Source: Nitrososphaerota archaeon (GTDB lineage: Archaea; Thermoproteota; Nitrososphaeria; Nitrososphaerales; Nitrosopumilaceae). Taken from it: 64,000 nucleotides of DNA. Location of the stretch: positions 264 to 64,263 of the forward strand of contig JAJPKL010000041.1 in assembly GCA_021323705.1 (NCBI GenBank). Reading direction: 5' to 3'. A program made the translations under genes and the position numbers. Of this stretch, positions 29,183 through 38,169 are shown one piece after another. The notes beneath the pieces were generated by a model. The model did not search any database. It saw nothing but the letters and a program-made list of their open reading frames with translations, and had not been told where the DNA came from. Position 1 is the stretch's first letter, and each line of letters starts with the position of its first letter.

Positions 29183-29563
29183 ATGAAGAAGTCTGTAGAA
29201 AATCTTGCCACAAGTAAGATTACAGGTGGAAGAAGATACCCTCTAAGGACTAGAAGAAAATACGAAATCGATAGATATTCAGTCGAGGCAATCCCCGGTC
29301 CCCACGTAACTGTTACAAGAAAAGTTCGTGGCAAAAATGTCAAGACTTCGCTCAAGACTACAGATTTTGTAAACTTATCAATACCAGACGGCAAGGTAAA
29401 GAAAGTTAAGATCATCAAAGTTCTAAAAAATCCTGCAAGCAGTGATTATGAAAGACGCGGTGTAATTTCAAAAGGCGCAATTTTGGAGACCGAAGATGGT
29501 CAGTGCAAGGTAGTTTCAAGACCTGGTCAAGACGGCGCAGTAAATGCAGTTTTGATAAAGTGA
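29183..29563 (+). CDS. rps8e: 30S ribosomal protein S8e
   Basis: KITGGRR, RKVRGKNVK, VISKGAI, SRPGQDGAVNAVL. Confidence 0.96.
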   Translation: MKKSVENLATSKITGGRRYPLRTRRKYEIDRYSVEAIPGPHVTVTRKVRGKNVKTSLKTTDFVNLSIPDGKVKKVKIIKVLKNPASSDYERRGVISKGAILETEDGQCKVVSRPGQDGAVNAVLIK

Positions 29564-29570
29564 TTACAAA

Positions 29571-29870
29571 ATGAAGGATTACGAACATGTCGTAATCTGG
29601 CTTGATTATTTCAACAAGACACTTCCAAAAAAAATGGGCAGACGTGTTTCTCGCGAAAAAAGCGTTTTTGATCCTTCGCTCAAAGAATTGATAGATGCTG
29701 CAAAAGCAGCAGGATTTGACCCGACCGAAACTAACGACCAGGTAAGATTTCCAAGAAGGCCATATGTCAGGTCCGGCTACATCGTACTTTCCAAGGGGCA
29801 GCCAAAGGCCAAGATGATCTCTGCCATTGCAGACAAGCTTACATCGCGAAGGGCAAAACAGACCAAGTAA
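29571..29870 (+). CDS. srp19: SRP19 protein
   Basis: VIWLDYFN...GRRVS...FPRRP. Confidence 0.9.
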   Translation: MKDYEHVVIWLDYFNKTLPKKMGRRVSREKSVFDPSLKELIDAAKAAGFDPTETNDQVRFPRRPYVRSGYIVLSKGQPKAKMISAIADKLTSRRAKQTK

Positions 29871-29945
29871 AGAGCTAATCTAGCTCGTAGCTAAAGTAAT
29901 TTTGACAGAACTCTATTGATAAGAGTAATAGACTTGATTCATTAA

Positions 29946-30215
29946 TTGCAGGAGGTAGGCGAAGTATTGCATCTAGCTAGTAGCGGTAGGGTAGTGATCA
30001 GACTTTCCAAACCGTTACGCGATGGTCAAATAATTGTAGACAGTTCGGGAACCAAAGTCGCCAAAGTTTCAGAAATGATAAGTCCTGTTGATGCACCATA
30101 TGCATCCGCAATTCCGCTTACCAATAATATCAAAAGGCACATCGGACAGCACGTGTACATCGTCGACGAATCTCCTGTAATGAAACCAAAAAGATTCAGA
30201 GGAAAAAGAAGATGA
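29946..30215 (+). CDS. gar1: H/ACA RNP component Gar1/Naf1
   Basis: VAKVSEMISPVDAPYAS motif; S8e-SRP19-Gar1-TFB context. Confidence 0.8.
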   Translation: MQEVGEVLHLASSGRVVIRLSKPLRDGQIIVDSSGTKVAKVSEMISPVDAPYASAIPLTNNIKRHIGQHVYIVDESPVMKPKRFRGKRR

Positions 30216-31171
30216 ACATAACAGAACTACAGACACACTGTCCAGAATGTCGTTCAACTTTGATTGATGACATTCACAGTGGAGAAAAAATTTGTTCTGG
30301 CTGCGGACTGGTCGCAATGGAGCAGATGTCAGACTATGGCCCAGAATCAAGAGCAACAAACCCAGAAGAAAAAATGAAATCTGCAAGAGCAACAGGTCAA
30401 ACGACTTACTCACAGCACGACCTTGGAATCAGAACTGAAATTGCAATAGGAAGTAAGGACTTTAGTGGAAAAACAATTTCAAGCGACATGGCACTTCAGA
30501 TGTACAATCTGAGAAAATGGCAAACAAGAATCAGGGTTGCATCGCCAAGGGAGCGCCGACTTGCAAACATCCTGTCAAAGATAGGAGAGACATGCCAGTC
30601 GCTGGCATTGCCAAGAAACGTAATCGAGACGGCTTCAATGATATACAGAAACTTTGAAGGTCAAGCAGAGGCAAAAGGCAAATCTGTTGCCTGCATGTCT
30701 GCTGCAACAATATACATGGCGTGCAAGCAATGCGATGTTGTAAGATCACTTGATGAGATTTGCTCTGCAACTGGGAGCACAAAAGACGAGAGAATGAATG
30801 TAAAACTCACTGCGAAATATTACAGAATGCTCGTCATGGAGCTTGGGTCAAAGACAGCACCAGTAGTAACCCTTGAGAAATACATCTCAAAGATAGCAAA
30901 TCTGGCAAAGCTTGAGGTTCGCGTAGAAAGGCTTGCCGCCGAGATTGCAGAAAAGACAGACGATCACAACCTGGCAGATGGAAAGGCTCCAAATGGCCTT
31001 GCTGCTGCCTACCTATACATCGCGTCAACACTTCTTGGGCAGAGTATTTTGCAAAGAGATGTCTCAAGCGTGGCAGGAATCACGGAAGTTACTATACGAA
31101 ACAGGTGCAAGGAAATTCTGACAGCCTATAAGATCAAGGTCATCCTAAAACCAGCGTTAGCCAAAAACTAA
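30212..31171 (+). CDS. tfb: Transcription initiation factor IIB
   Basis: CPEC...CSGCG Zn ribbon, two cyclin repeats, GITEVTIRNRCKE. Confidence 0.95.
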   Translation: MNITELQTHCPECRSTLIDDIHSGEKICSGCGLVAMEQMSDYGPESRATNPEEKMKSARATGQTTYSQHDLGIRTEIAIGSKDFSGKTISSDMALQMYNLRKWQTRIRVASPRERRLANILSKIGETCQSLALPRNVIETASMIYRNFEGQAEAKGKSVACMSAATIYMACKQCDVVRSLDEICSATGSTKDERMNVKLTAKYYRMLVMELGSKTAPVVTLEKYISKIANLAKLEVRVERLAAEIAEKTDDHNLADGKAPNGLAAAYLYIASTLLGQSILQRDVSSVAGITEVTIRNRCKEILTAYKIKVILKPALAKN

Positions 31172-31269
31172 CCCCTTTCCTTTTTGTTTATTTCTTACAA
31201 ATGACCATAAATTCATTCTTTGGATAATTGTATCGTCACATTTATACCAGAAAAATCCTTCGGTGTACC

Positions 31270-31707
31270 ATGTCAAGAAAAGCATCATTTGTAACATTGC
31301 TAACCCTTGTTTTGGTTATATTTTCAAACATGTATTATGCTACTGCTTATTCTGGAACAATATCAATCATGCCAAACAGTACAAGTACCATGAATGAAAC
31401 CATTACTGAGATTACTATGCTAAATGGTACAAGAATGGTAACTGACAGCAAGATGTGCCTTGCCAGTGTTGACAGATGTGTAATGGTAAAAATGATGCAC
31501 CTGCCTCCAAAAATACAGATGGAGGCTGGGATTGGAGCACTCGATGTAGCATGCAATTCAGGTTTTCAGCTAATTCTCAAGGCGACTGATGCGACACCTG
31601 CCTGTGTCACTCCGTCTACTGCAGCCGAGTTGATACTCAGGGGGTGGGCCTTAGGCCAAGATGAACTAACAAAGATAAAAATGATGTACGAGCCAAACAG
31701 GCAATAA
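31270..31707 (+). CDS. Secreted/membrane-anchored hypothetical protein with thaumarchaeal C..G.QL..K..D..PACV.PSTA..L..RGW module
   Basis: N-terminal hydrophobic helix; CNSGFQLILKATDATPACVTPSTAAELILRGW. Confidence 0.72.
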   Translation: MSRKASFVTLLTLVLVIFSNMYYATAYSGTISIMPNSTSTMNETITEITMLNGTRMVTDSKMCLASVDRCVMVKMMHLPPKIQMEAGIGALDVACNSGFQLILKATDATPACVTPSTAAELILRGWALGQDELTKIKMMYEPNRQ

Positions 31708-31942
31708 ATCAATTTACAATTTCTGCGATTTTTTCCAGCATACCACTTGTTACTTTTCATCAGACCTCATTCTAAAAACTTGGAACAGCTTACAGGAATG
31801 CGTTATTTTTCTAAAATTATATTTCTAGACAACCTTCCAACATATTATGTCGCGTTGATTCGTGTCTTATTCACAAAAAATTCAGTTAGCTTGATCTAAT
31901 TTTTTGTTAGATTATATATCGAAAAGATGTTGAAAGGTATGC

Positions 31943-32728
31943 ATGGCAATACTTGAAATCAAAGACCTTCATGCTCAGAGGGAAGGAAAAGAGATTCTCA
32001 AGGGAGTAAACCTCAAGACGGGTCCAGGCGAGGTTCATGCCATCATGGGTCCAAACGGATCAGGAAAGAGTACTCTAGCTTATACCATTTTAGGTCATCC
32101 AAAATATGAGGTAACAAGTGGAGACATTTTGCTTGACGGCCAAAGTATCTTAGATATGACTGCAGACGAGAGATCAAAGAAAGGATTGTTTTTGGCGTTT
32201 CAGTACCCAACGGAAGTCGCTGGCGTTGGATATTCACATTTTCTTAGAACAGCATACAACGCGCTAAGCAAGTCGCTTGGAGACCAGAACCGCGAAGTCT
32301 TTTTGACAGTAAGAGAATTTCAGAACTATCTGAAAAAGAATCTCGAACAAGTAGGTCTCAGACAAGATTTTCTGTCAAGATATCTAAATGAAGGATTCTC
32401 AGGCGGAGAAAAGAAACGATCCGAAGTTTTGCAGATGGCAGTATTACAACCAAGGATATCAATATTGGATGAGCCTGATTCTGGTCTTGATATTGATGCG
32501 GTGCAAGCAGTTGCAAAAGCAATAAGCCAAGTATCAAGAAAGGACGCGACGGTAATTGTGATTACCCACTATGCAAGAATTCTCAAGTTCCTCGATAAGC
32601 TTGATTATGTGCATGTGATGGCGCAGGGAAAGATGATAAAGGAAGGTCCAAAGGAGCTTGCAGACGAATTGGAGCAGAAGGGATATGCATGGCTCGGGAT
32701 TCAGGACGCATCAAACCAGTCAAGTTAG
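31943..32728 (+). CDS. sufC: Fe-S cluster assembly ATPase SufC
   Basis: GPNGSGKST, AFQYPTEV, NEGFSGGEKKR, LDEPDSGLDID. Confidence 0.96.
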   Translation: MAILEIKDLHAQREGKEILKGVNLKTGPGEVHAIMGPNGSGKSTLAYTILGHPKYEVTSGDILLDGQSILDMTADERSKKGLFLAFQYPTEVAGVGYSHFLRTAYNALSKSLGDQNREVFLTVREFQNYLKKNLEQVGLRQDFLSRYLNEGFSGGEKKRSEVLQMAVLQPRISILDEPDSGLDIDAVQAVAKAISQVSRKDATVIVITHYARILKFLDKLDYVHVMAQGKMIKEGPKELADELEQKGYAWLGIQDASNQSS

Positions 32729-32783
32729 TAGTCTAAAATTTCTTACATAGCAAAAGAAACCCCGTTTCTGAAAATATCGCAAC

Positions 32784-32936
32784 ATGTCAGAAGAGAATCA
32801 ACCAAACAACTTCTATGCAGACTGTATGAAGTATTTTGATTCACTAAGAAAGCAGGGAAAGCAGGACTTTGCTTTTGAGGACGAGTTTTTCTACACAATG
32901 CCTGCACTATCTGAAAAGATGATAATTGAAAAATAA
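32784..32936 (+). CDS. Small hypothetical protein (50 aa; not in ORF track)
   Basis: MSEENQPNNFYADCMKYFDSLRKQGKQDFAFEDEFFYTMPALSEKMIIEK; fills the sufC-tRNA gap. Confidence 0.65.
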   Translation: MSEENQPNNFYADCMKYFDSLRKQGKQDFAFEDEFFYTMPALSEKMIIEK

Positions 32937-32999
32937 ATCGATATCACGAATCAAAACTTTCGGTTTGAGTTTATATATTCAGTGATTAAATCTCTCGTT

Positions 33000-33099
33000 G
33001 CAGAGGTATCGAAGCCCGGCCAACCGAGAAGGACTCAAGATCATGGCATAGGAAATCCTTTCCCTTAGGGGTTCGGGGGTTCAAATCCCTCCCTCTGCA
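33000..33099 (+). tRNA. tRNA-Leu(CAA) with about 15-nt intron (33040-33054) and long variable arm
   Basis: Acceptor GCAGAGG/CCTCTGC, anticodon arm AAGGA-CT-CAA-G|A-TCCTT, GGGGGTTCAAATCCCTC T-arm. Confidence 0.9.
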
Positions 33100-33233
33100 T
33101 TCTCCTTGCTTTTTTTGCCCTTCTTTGCCTCTGTTTGCGTGTTGGCTCATCAAATCCTCTATGATTCTCTCCCATGGATATCAATGATAGTGTTTATTAC
33201 AAAATTTTTTCCATCATATACCATCTGATACCA

Positions 33234-34445
33234 ATGAATCAAAAGTTGCCAGGTCCAAACTCAAAAAAAGTCATATCCAAGATGAAAAAGTATGCGTATG
33301 ACTCTACCTTCATGTACCCCCTTGTAATTGCAAACGGTCATGACTGCATCATCGAGGATCTGGACGGCAACAGGTTTCTTGATTTTACTTCCAACATAGG
33401 GGCATGCCCAATAGGTTATTCTCATCCCGACGTGCTTGAGGTACTGGCAGAATATTCTACAAACGGTACCCATAAGATTGCAGGGCAGGACTTTTACTCA
33501 AAAGAACATGCTGACCTTGCAGAGACGGTATCTGCCATACTGCCAAGAAATTTTAAGGCATTTTTCATCAACAGTGGGGCTGAGGCAGTGGAGAATGCAA
33601 TAAAGATTGCATACCGAAATATGGGTCCCCTCCCAGGAATTTCGTGCCTTGGAGCATTCCATGGCAGAACACTTGGAGCCCTCAGCTTCACTTTTAGCAA
33701 GCCGGTTCACAAGTACAACTTCCCAGAATTTCCGGTCAAGAGGATCAAGTTTTGCACAAGAGATGACGACCCAGAAATTGATGCAGTCGAGTCTCTTCTC
33801 AAGGAGAACAAGATAGCATTCATCTTGACAGAGGTAGTTCAAGGCGAGGGCGGTTACAATGTTGCAAGCAAAAAGTTCATCAAAAACTTGAGAAGGTTTG
33901 CAACACAGTATGGTGTTCCGTTGATCTTAGACGAGGTTCAGTCAGGAATAGGACACACTGGCAAGTGGTGGGCCTTTGAGCACTATGGAGTAACGCCTGA
34001 CATCATGAGCGCTGCAAAGGCATTGCAAGTGGGGGCTACTTTTTACAATAAGAGATTAGAGCCAAGTGAGAGATCCGCATTGTCTAGCACGTGGGGCGGA
34101 GGCAGCAGAATAGACATGGCAATCGGAGCAAGGACAATCCAGGTTATAAAACGAGACAGATTGCTTGAAAATGCAACCAGAATGGGAAACATCTTGAAAA
34201 AAGGATTGCGGGAACTTGTCGGCAAAAAAGGAGTGAGTGATGCCAGAGGTCTTGGTCTTATGATCGGACTAGAATTTGACACAAGGGCTCGCAGAGAAAA
34301 AAAGATTGTCGAGTTGTTTGAAAATGGCCTTCTAACTCTCGGTGCAGGCCAAAAGTCCCTTAGGATAATACCTCCTATAATCATAACAAAAGAGCAGGTA
34401 GAGAAGGGGCTAGAAATTATGATACAAGTTTTATCCAAAAATTAG
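33234..34445 (+). CDS. Class III PLP aminotransferase (4-aminobutyrate/acetylornithine type); ORF track start 33174
   Basis: NSGAEAVENA, AFHGRT, EVVQGEGG, LDEVQSGIG, AKALQ. Confidence 0.92.
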   Translation: MNQKLPGPNSKKVISKMKKYAYDSTFMYPLVIANGHDCIIEDLDGNRFLDFTSNIGACPIGYSHPDVLEVLAEYSTNGTHKIAGQDFYSKEHADLAETVSAILPRNFKAFFINSGAEAVENAIKIAYRNMGPLPGISCLGAFHGRTLGALSFTFSKPVHKYNFPEFPVKRIKFCTRDDDPEIDAVESLLKENKIAFILTEVVQGEGGYNVASKKFIKNLRRFATQYGVPLILDEVQSGIGHTGKWWAFEHYGVTPDIMSAAKALQVGATFYNKRLEPSERSALSSTWGGGSRIDMAIGARTIQVIKRDRLLENATRMGNILKKGLRELVGKKGVSDARGLGLMIGLEFDTRARREKKIVELFENGLLTLGAGQKSLRIIPPIIITKEQVEKGLEIMIQVLSKN

Positions 34446-34503
34446 AGCGTTATTTTTAAGACTTGGGAAGGCCATCAGTATTTTGTGAAAATATTAATTC
34501 AGA

Positions 34504-34908
34504 TTAAATTTGTCGTATCCGAGTTTTTTCCACATCAATGAACATTATAAAGAGACATTTTTTATGATCCCCTTCTGTCCTTATCATACCACATTTGGCA
34601 CATACTCTGGATGTAGTTTTTTTACAAATACGACAAAAGGTATACTGAATCAAAGGTCCGTTGCATTTCCCACATATAAAAAATAGTTCCCTTGAAATCT
34701 TGTCTCTGTCTATTCGTAATCCCTCATTTGATAGGTCTATTTTTTTATCATAATTTTTTTCTCCAGTTTGATTATTTGAGATGTTTTCTAGTATTTTCAA
34801 CAGATGAGTAAAATCACCAGATTTACCGCTTTTTCCTGTCATAATGATACACCATATCTGCAAAATATTATTAGTCAATAACTTTGCATTTGCGGTATGC
34901 CTTGTCAT
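34504..34908 (-). CDS. Hypothetical double Zn-ribbon protein (true start uncertain)
   Basis: C-terminal CGKC-x10-CRIC-x7-CAKC-x8-HKKC. Confidence 0.6.
   Translation of the reverse strand: MTRHTANAKLLTNNILQIWCIIMTGKSGKSGDFTHLLKILENISNNQTGEKNYDKKIDLSNEGLRIDRDKISRELFFICGKCNGPLIQYTFCRICKKTTSRVCAKCGMIRTEGDHKKCLFIMFIDVEKTRIRQI
34889..34901 (+). promoter_or_regulatory. TTTGCGGTATGCC element, copy 1
   Basis: Exact 13-mer also at 38115-38127 (-) and 40614-40626 (+). Confidence 0.5.
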
Positions 34909-34965
34909 AAAATTGGCAAATTACAATATTTATCTAAAATAGTTTAAATCCATACTAGAAGTTAA

Positions 34966-36825
34966 GTGTCTAACAATATGAAAATTGCTCATATCATACT
35001 CATTAGCACCTCGGCTCTGTTTGTGATATTTGCTTTAGATGGATACATAACCCTAGAATTAAATCAGAAAGAATTACGAAATTCTATCGAATTAAGAAAT
35101 GAAGCTCAGGCAAATACTATAATCCAAAATCTTGACAAATTTATAGAAAAACGAATTAACGATGTAAACTCTATTTCCAAAACTGATGAAATTCAAAGTG
35201 TGATTATTCTTTCAAATTATAAAATGGATAAACAAAAAAATCAAACAGTAGATGCAACTAATGAGTTAGAAGGTGCAATTCCTTTTCTACCAACCAATGC
35301 AAGTGAACTTTCTCAAAACTTTACTAATATGATAGATTTTTACAAAAACGAATATGGTTTGGACATTTCAAATAACTTGTATGTCACTAACCAGTATGGT
35401 GCTTTCATAACAATAGACGGCCAAACATCAAATTATGTACATTACACAGAAAATTGGTGGCAGTCTGCAAAAAATGATGGGATTTATTTTGGAGAATTAC
35501 AGCATGATGGAAATTCATTTACCTATTACATCCCCATGGCTCTAAAAATTGTAGATTCTAAAGGAACATTTCTTGGAGTCATTAAAGCATCTCTGGATCT
35601 AGACAGCCTGCTTCATGATTTTGAAGGAGATGTTTCTCTTCTTAAGACTACTGGAAAAAATGTCATTTTGCTTGATAAAAGTGGAAAGATCATCTACAAA
35701 GATGGAATAAAATACAACCCTTCCGCATCGCCAATCCCATATTACAATAAGCTTACAGCAGATAACGGCATTGTAGAACCAGACAACTATACAGACGGTT
35801 TGCTGGCAGTATATTCCAGATCAATAGGGTATGGGATTTTTTCTGGATTTGGGTGGATGGTGGTTCTAACGCAAGACCCATCTGCCATCAATACAGAATT
35901 TGAGAGTAACGCAGTATCTATCATAACATTTTCTGCAGTAGGAATCATAGGTTCCATTTTGATAGGAATTTTTGCTTCCTTTTTCATAGCGAAACCAATC
36001 ATGAAATTATCAACTATTACAAAAAAGCTGTCAGAAGGGGATTTCAACATAAGAGCGCAGAAAGGCCGTCTTTATGAAATAGGAGTGATTGTGGAGTCGT
36101 TTAATAACATGGCGCTATCCCTCAAGAAGCTTATAGAGACCGAGGTAAAGCTTGCAGAAGCCAATGCCAAGATAAAAAATGAGAGATTGACTGCTATTGG
36201 AGAATTAGCAGCCAGTCTAGCACATAATATGAAAAATCCTCTGACCACTATACAAAGTTCATCTGACATACTAAAGAGGAGCTATAAGGGAGATAACAAA
36301 GAGATAAGCGAAGTTGCATCTAGGATGAACAGAGCGATTGATAGAATGTCACAGCAAATTGATGATGTTCTGAATTTTGTGAGACTCACACCGTTGAATC
36401 TAGAAGTTACCACGTTGATCCCTTTGGTCAAGTCAGTTATCAAAACAATTGAGATTCCACCAAATATAAAAATCGAGATTCCTGTTAACGATTTACAAAT
36501 AAATTGTGATGCAAGAAAACTGGAGATAGTTTTTACGAACATTATACAGAATTCAGTTCAAGCAATAGGAAACAAACCAGACGGAATAATATCTATAAGA
36601 TGGGATGGGAATAGCGACATGGTAACAATTGAGATCGAAGACAACGGTGAGGGAATACCGCCTGAAATATTACCTAAGCTCTTTGAACCACTTGTGACTA
36701 CAAAGATGCAAGGAACTGGTCTTGGTCTATCTACATGTAGAAACATTATTGAGCAACATGGTGGCACTATAACGGTTAAAAATAATCCTACTACCTTTAC
36801 CATAAAATTGCCTAAAACACATTAA
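34966..36825 (+). CDS. Membrane sensor histidine kinase (TM-Cache-like-TM-HAMP-HisKA-HATPase)
   Basis: Two TM helices, HAMP, LAHNMKNPL H-box, NIIQNSVQA, DNGEG, GTGLGL. Confidence 0.93.
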   Translation: MSNNMKIAHIILISTSALFVIFALDGYITLELNQKELRNSIELRNEAQANTIIQNLDKFIEKRINDVNSISKTDEIQSVIILSNYKMDKQKNQTVDATNELEGAIPFLPTNASELSQNFTNMIDFYKNEYGLDISNNLYVTNQYGAFITIDGQTSNYVHYTENWWQSAKNDGIYFGELQHDGNSFTYYIPMALKIVDSKGTFLGVIKASLDLDSLLHDFEGDVSLLKTTGKNVILLDKSGKIIYKDGIKYNPSASPIPYYNKLTADNGIVEPDNYTDGLLAVYSRSIGYGIFSGFGWMVVLTQDPSAINTEFESNAVSIITFSAVGIIGSILIGIFASFFIAKPIMKLSTITKKLSEGDFNIRAQKGRLYEIGVIVESFNNMALSLKKLIETEVKLAEANAKIKNERLTAIGELAASLAHNMKNPLTTIQSSSDILKRSYKGDNKEISEVASRMNRAIDRMSQQIDDVLNFVRLTPLNLEVTTLIPLVKSVIKTIEIPPNIKIEIPVNDLQINCDARKLEIVFTNIIQNSVQAIGNKPDGIISIRWDGNSDMVTIEIEDNGEGIPPEILPKLFEPLVTTKMQGTGLGLSTCRNIIEQHGGTITVKNNPTTFTIKLPKTH

Positions 36826-36877
36826 ATTGAGACAAGATTAAAGCTAAAAATACTCATTTGTGAAATTCCAAGTTAGA

Positions 36878-37246
36878 ATGACACAATTGAAAAAAACGAT
36901 CCTTTTAGTGGATGATGATGTTGATCTTTTGGAGAATACGTCTTTTATGATAAAAAGTATGAATTACGAGGTAATTACTGCACAAAATGGTGAAGAAGGG
37001 GTTAGCAGGTACAAAGAAACAAAGCCTGATCTTACACTTATGGATATAAGAATGCCAATGATGGATGGATATGAGGCGTTTTACAAAATAAAACAATATG
37101 ATTCCAATGCCAAAGTGGTTTTAATTACTGCGTATTATATCGATGAAGAGAAGCATCAAAAAGCCAAGACAATGGGATTGATGGCAACGGTAAACAAGCC
37201 TTACACATTTGAGACATTAGAAAAATTGGTTCAAAAATATGTATGA
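36878..37246 (+). CDS. Stand-alone receiver-domain response regulator (alternative start 36860)
   Basis: LVDDD, MDIRMP, ITA, VNKPY; directly after kinase. Confidence 0.92.
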   Translation: MTQLKKTILLVDDDVDLLENTSFMIKSMNYEVITAQNGEEGVSRYKETKPDLTLMDIRMPMMDGYEAFYKIKQYDSNAKVVLITAYYIDEEKHQKAKTMGLMATVNKPYTFETLEKLVQKYV

Positions 37247-37252
37247 TTCCAA

Positions 37253-38119
37253 TCAGAGGTTGTCCAGATTCTTTATTAATCTAAACCTGTCTTCGTAGAA
37301 CATTATCACTTCATTAAGAAAATCATAATACCATTTCTTGAGTTCATCATCTGCATTGAACAGCTTCTTCCATTTCCTTATTTCAAGATGAGTTTCTTTT
37401 GTCTCAAGTACAGGCTTTGAAGGTAAAAGAAGATGAGTGTAAAACCAATACGATATTTGATCGGCAAGATCTCCTTCTCTAATGGATTCAAAGTTACTTT
37501 GATATTTTATAGAAATAAAAGTCAGAATTTCATAGATTGGGAATTTTGATGCCTTTGTAACTTGAACATTGTCTAAAAATAAACCTGATGCAAGAAACCT
37601 CAATCTGTAAACCTCGTTTCCTATCATTGATTTCAAAAACTGCCATTTCCCAAAAACATAAGGCAAAACATTTGAATATTTCGAGGCTATTGTGTCAAAC
37701 TGCTTGTCTGTAAAATCCAAAACGTCAAAACAGTAAAGCAACCCATGTAAAGAAAGCCGGTACAGATCCGAGGGACCCCGAAGATGACTTTTTCCATCCC
37801 TTACAACAAGTCCCACATCTATTACTCCCATCGTTTTCTTCCCCCTGTCCTTTCGGCCAACCAACAGCCTGCGATATTCCTTTTCTTTGGTTCTTATTGC
37901 ACCTGTGTTGTTGGAAAGATGAGTCTTTGCCATTCCCCATGTAGTGAGAGGACCGTTGAGAGCTAGGATTTCGAGCAATCTTTGAACGTTTTCCTGATGT
38001 TTAGATGACGTACGTCTTCGATATGAATAACTGCCAAAGAGACGCCTAGCAGTAGGTCTAGTATAAAGCTTGTAGGCAGATAGATTACCATATGTTGTTA
38101 CCAGCTCTGAATTTGGCAT
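37253..38119 (-). CDS. Hypothetical protein, possible N-terminal winged helix
   Basis: 288-aa ORF; LLEILALNGPLTTWGMAK...YRLSLHGLLY. Confidence 0.72.
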   Translation of the reverse strand: MPNSELVTTYGNLSAYKLYTRPTARRLFGSYSYRRRTSSKHQENVQRLLEILALNGPLTTWGMAKTHLSNNTGAIRTKEKEYRRLLVGRKDRGKKTMGVIDVGLVVRDGKSHLRGPSDLYRLSLHGLLYCFDVLDFTDKQFDTIASKYSNVLPYVFGKWQFLKSMIGNEVYRLRFLASGLFLDNVQVTKASKFPIYEILTFISIKYQSNFESIREGDLADQISYWFYTHLLLPSKPVLETKETHLEIRKWKKLFNADDELKKWYYDFLNEVIMFYEDRFRLIKNLDNL

Positions 38120-38127
38120 ACCGCAAA
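38115..38127 (-). promoter_or_regulatory. TTTGCGGTATGCC element, copy 2, containing the start codon of 37253..38119
   Basis: Exact 13-mer; TTATAAG about 22 nt upstream of the ATG. Confidence 0.55.
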
Positions 38128-38169
38128 TGGTTGGCTATTCTCTTATAATAATTTTGTACTCGAGACCAT

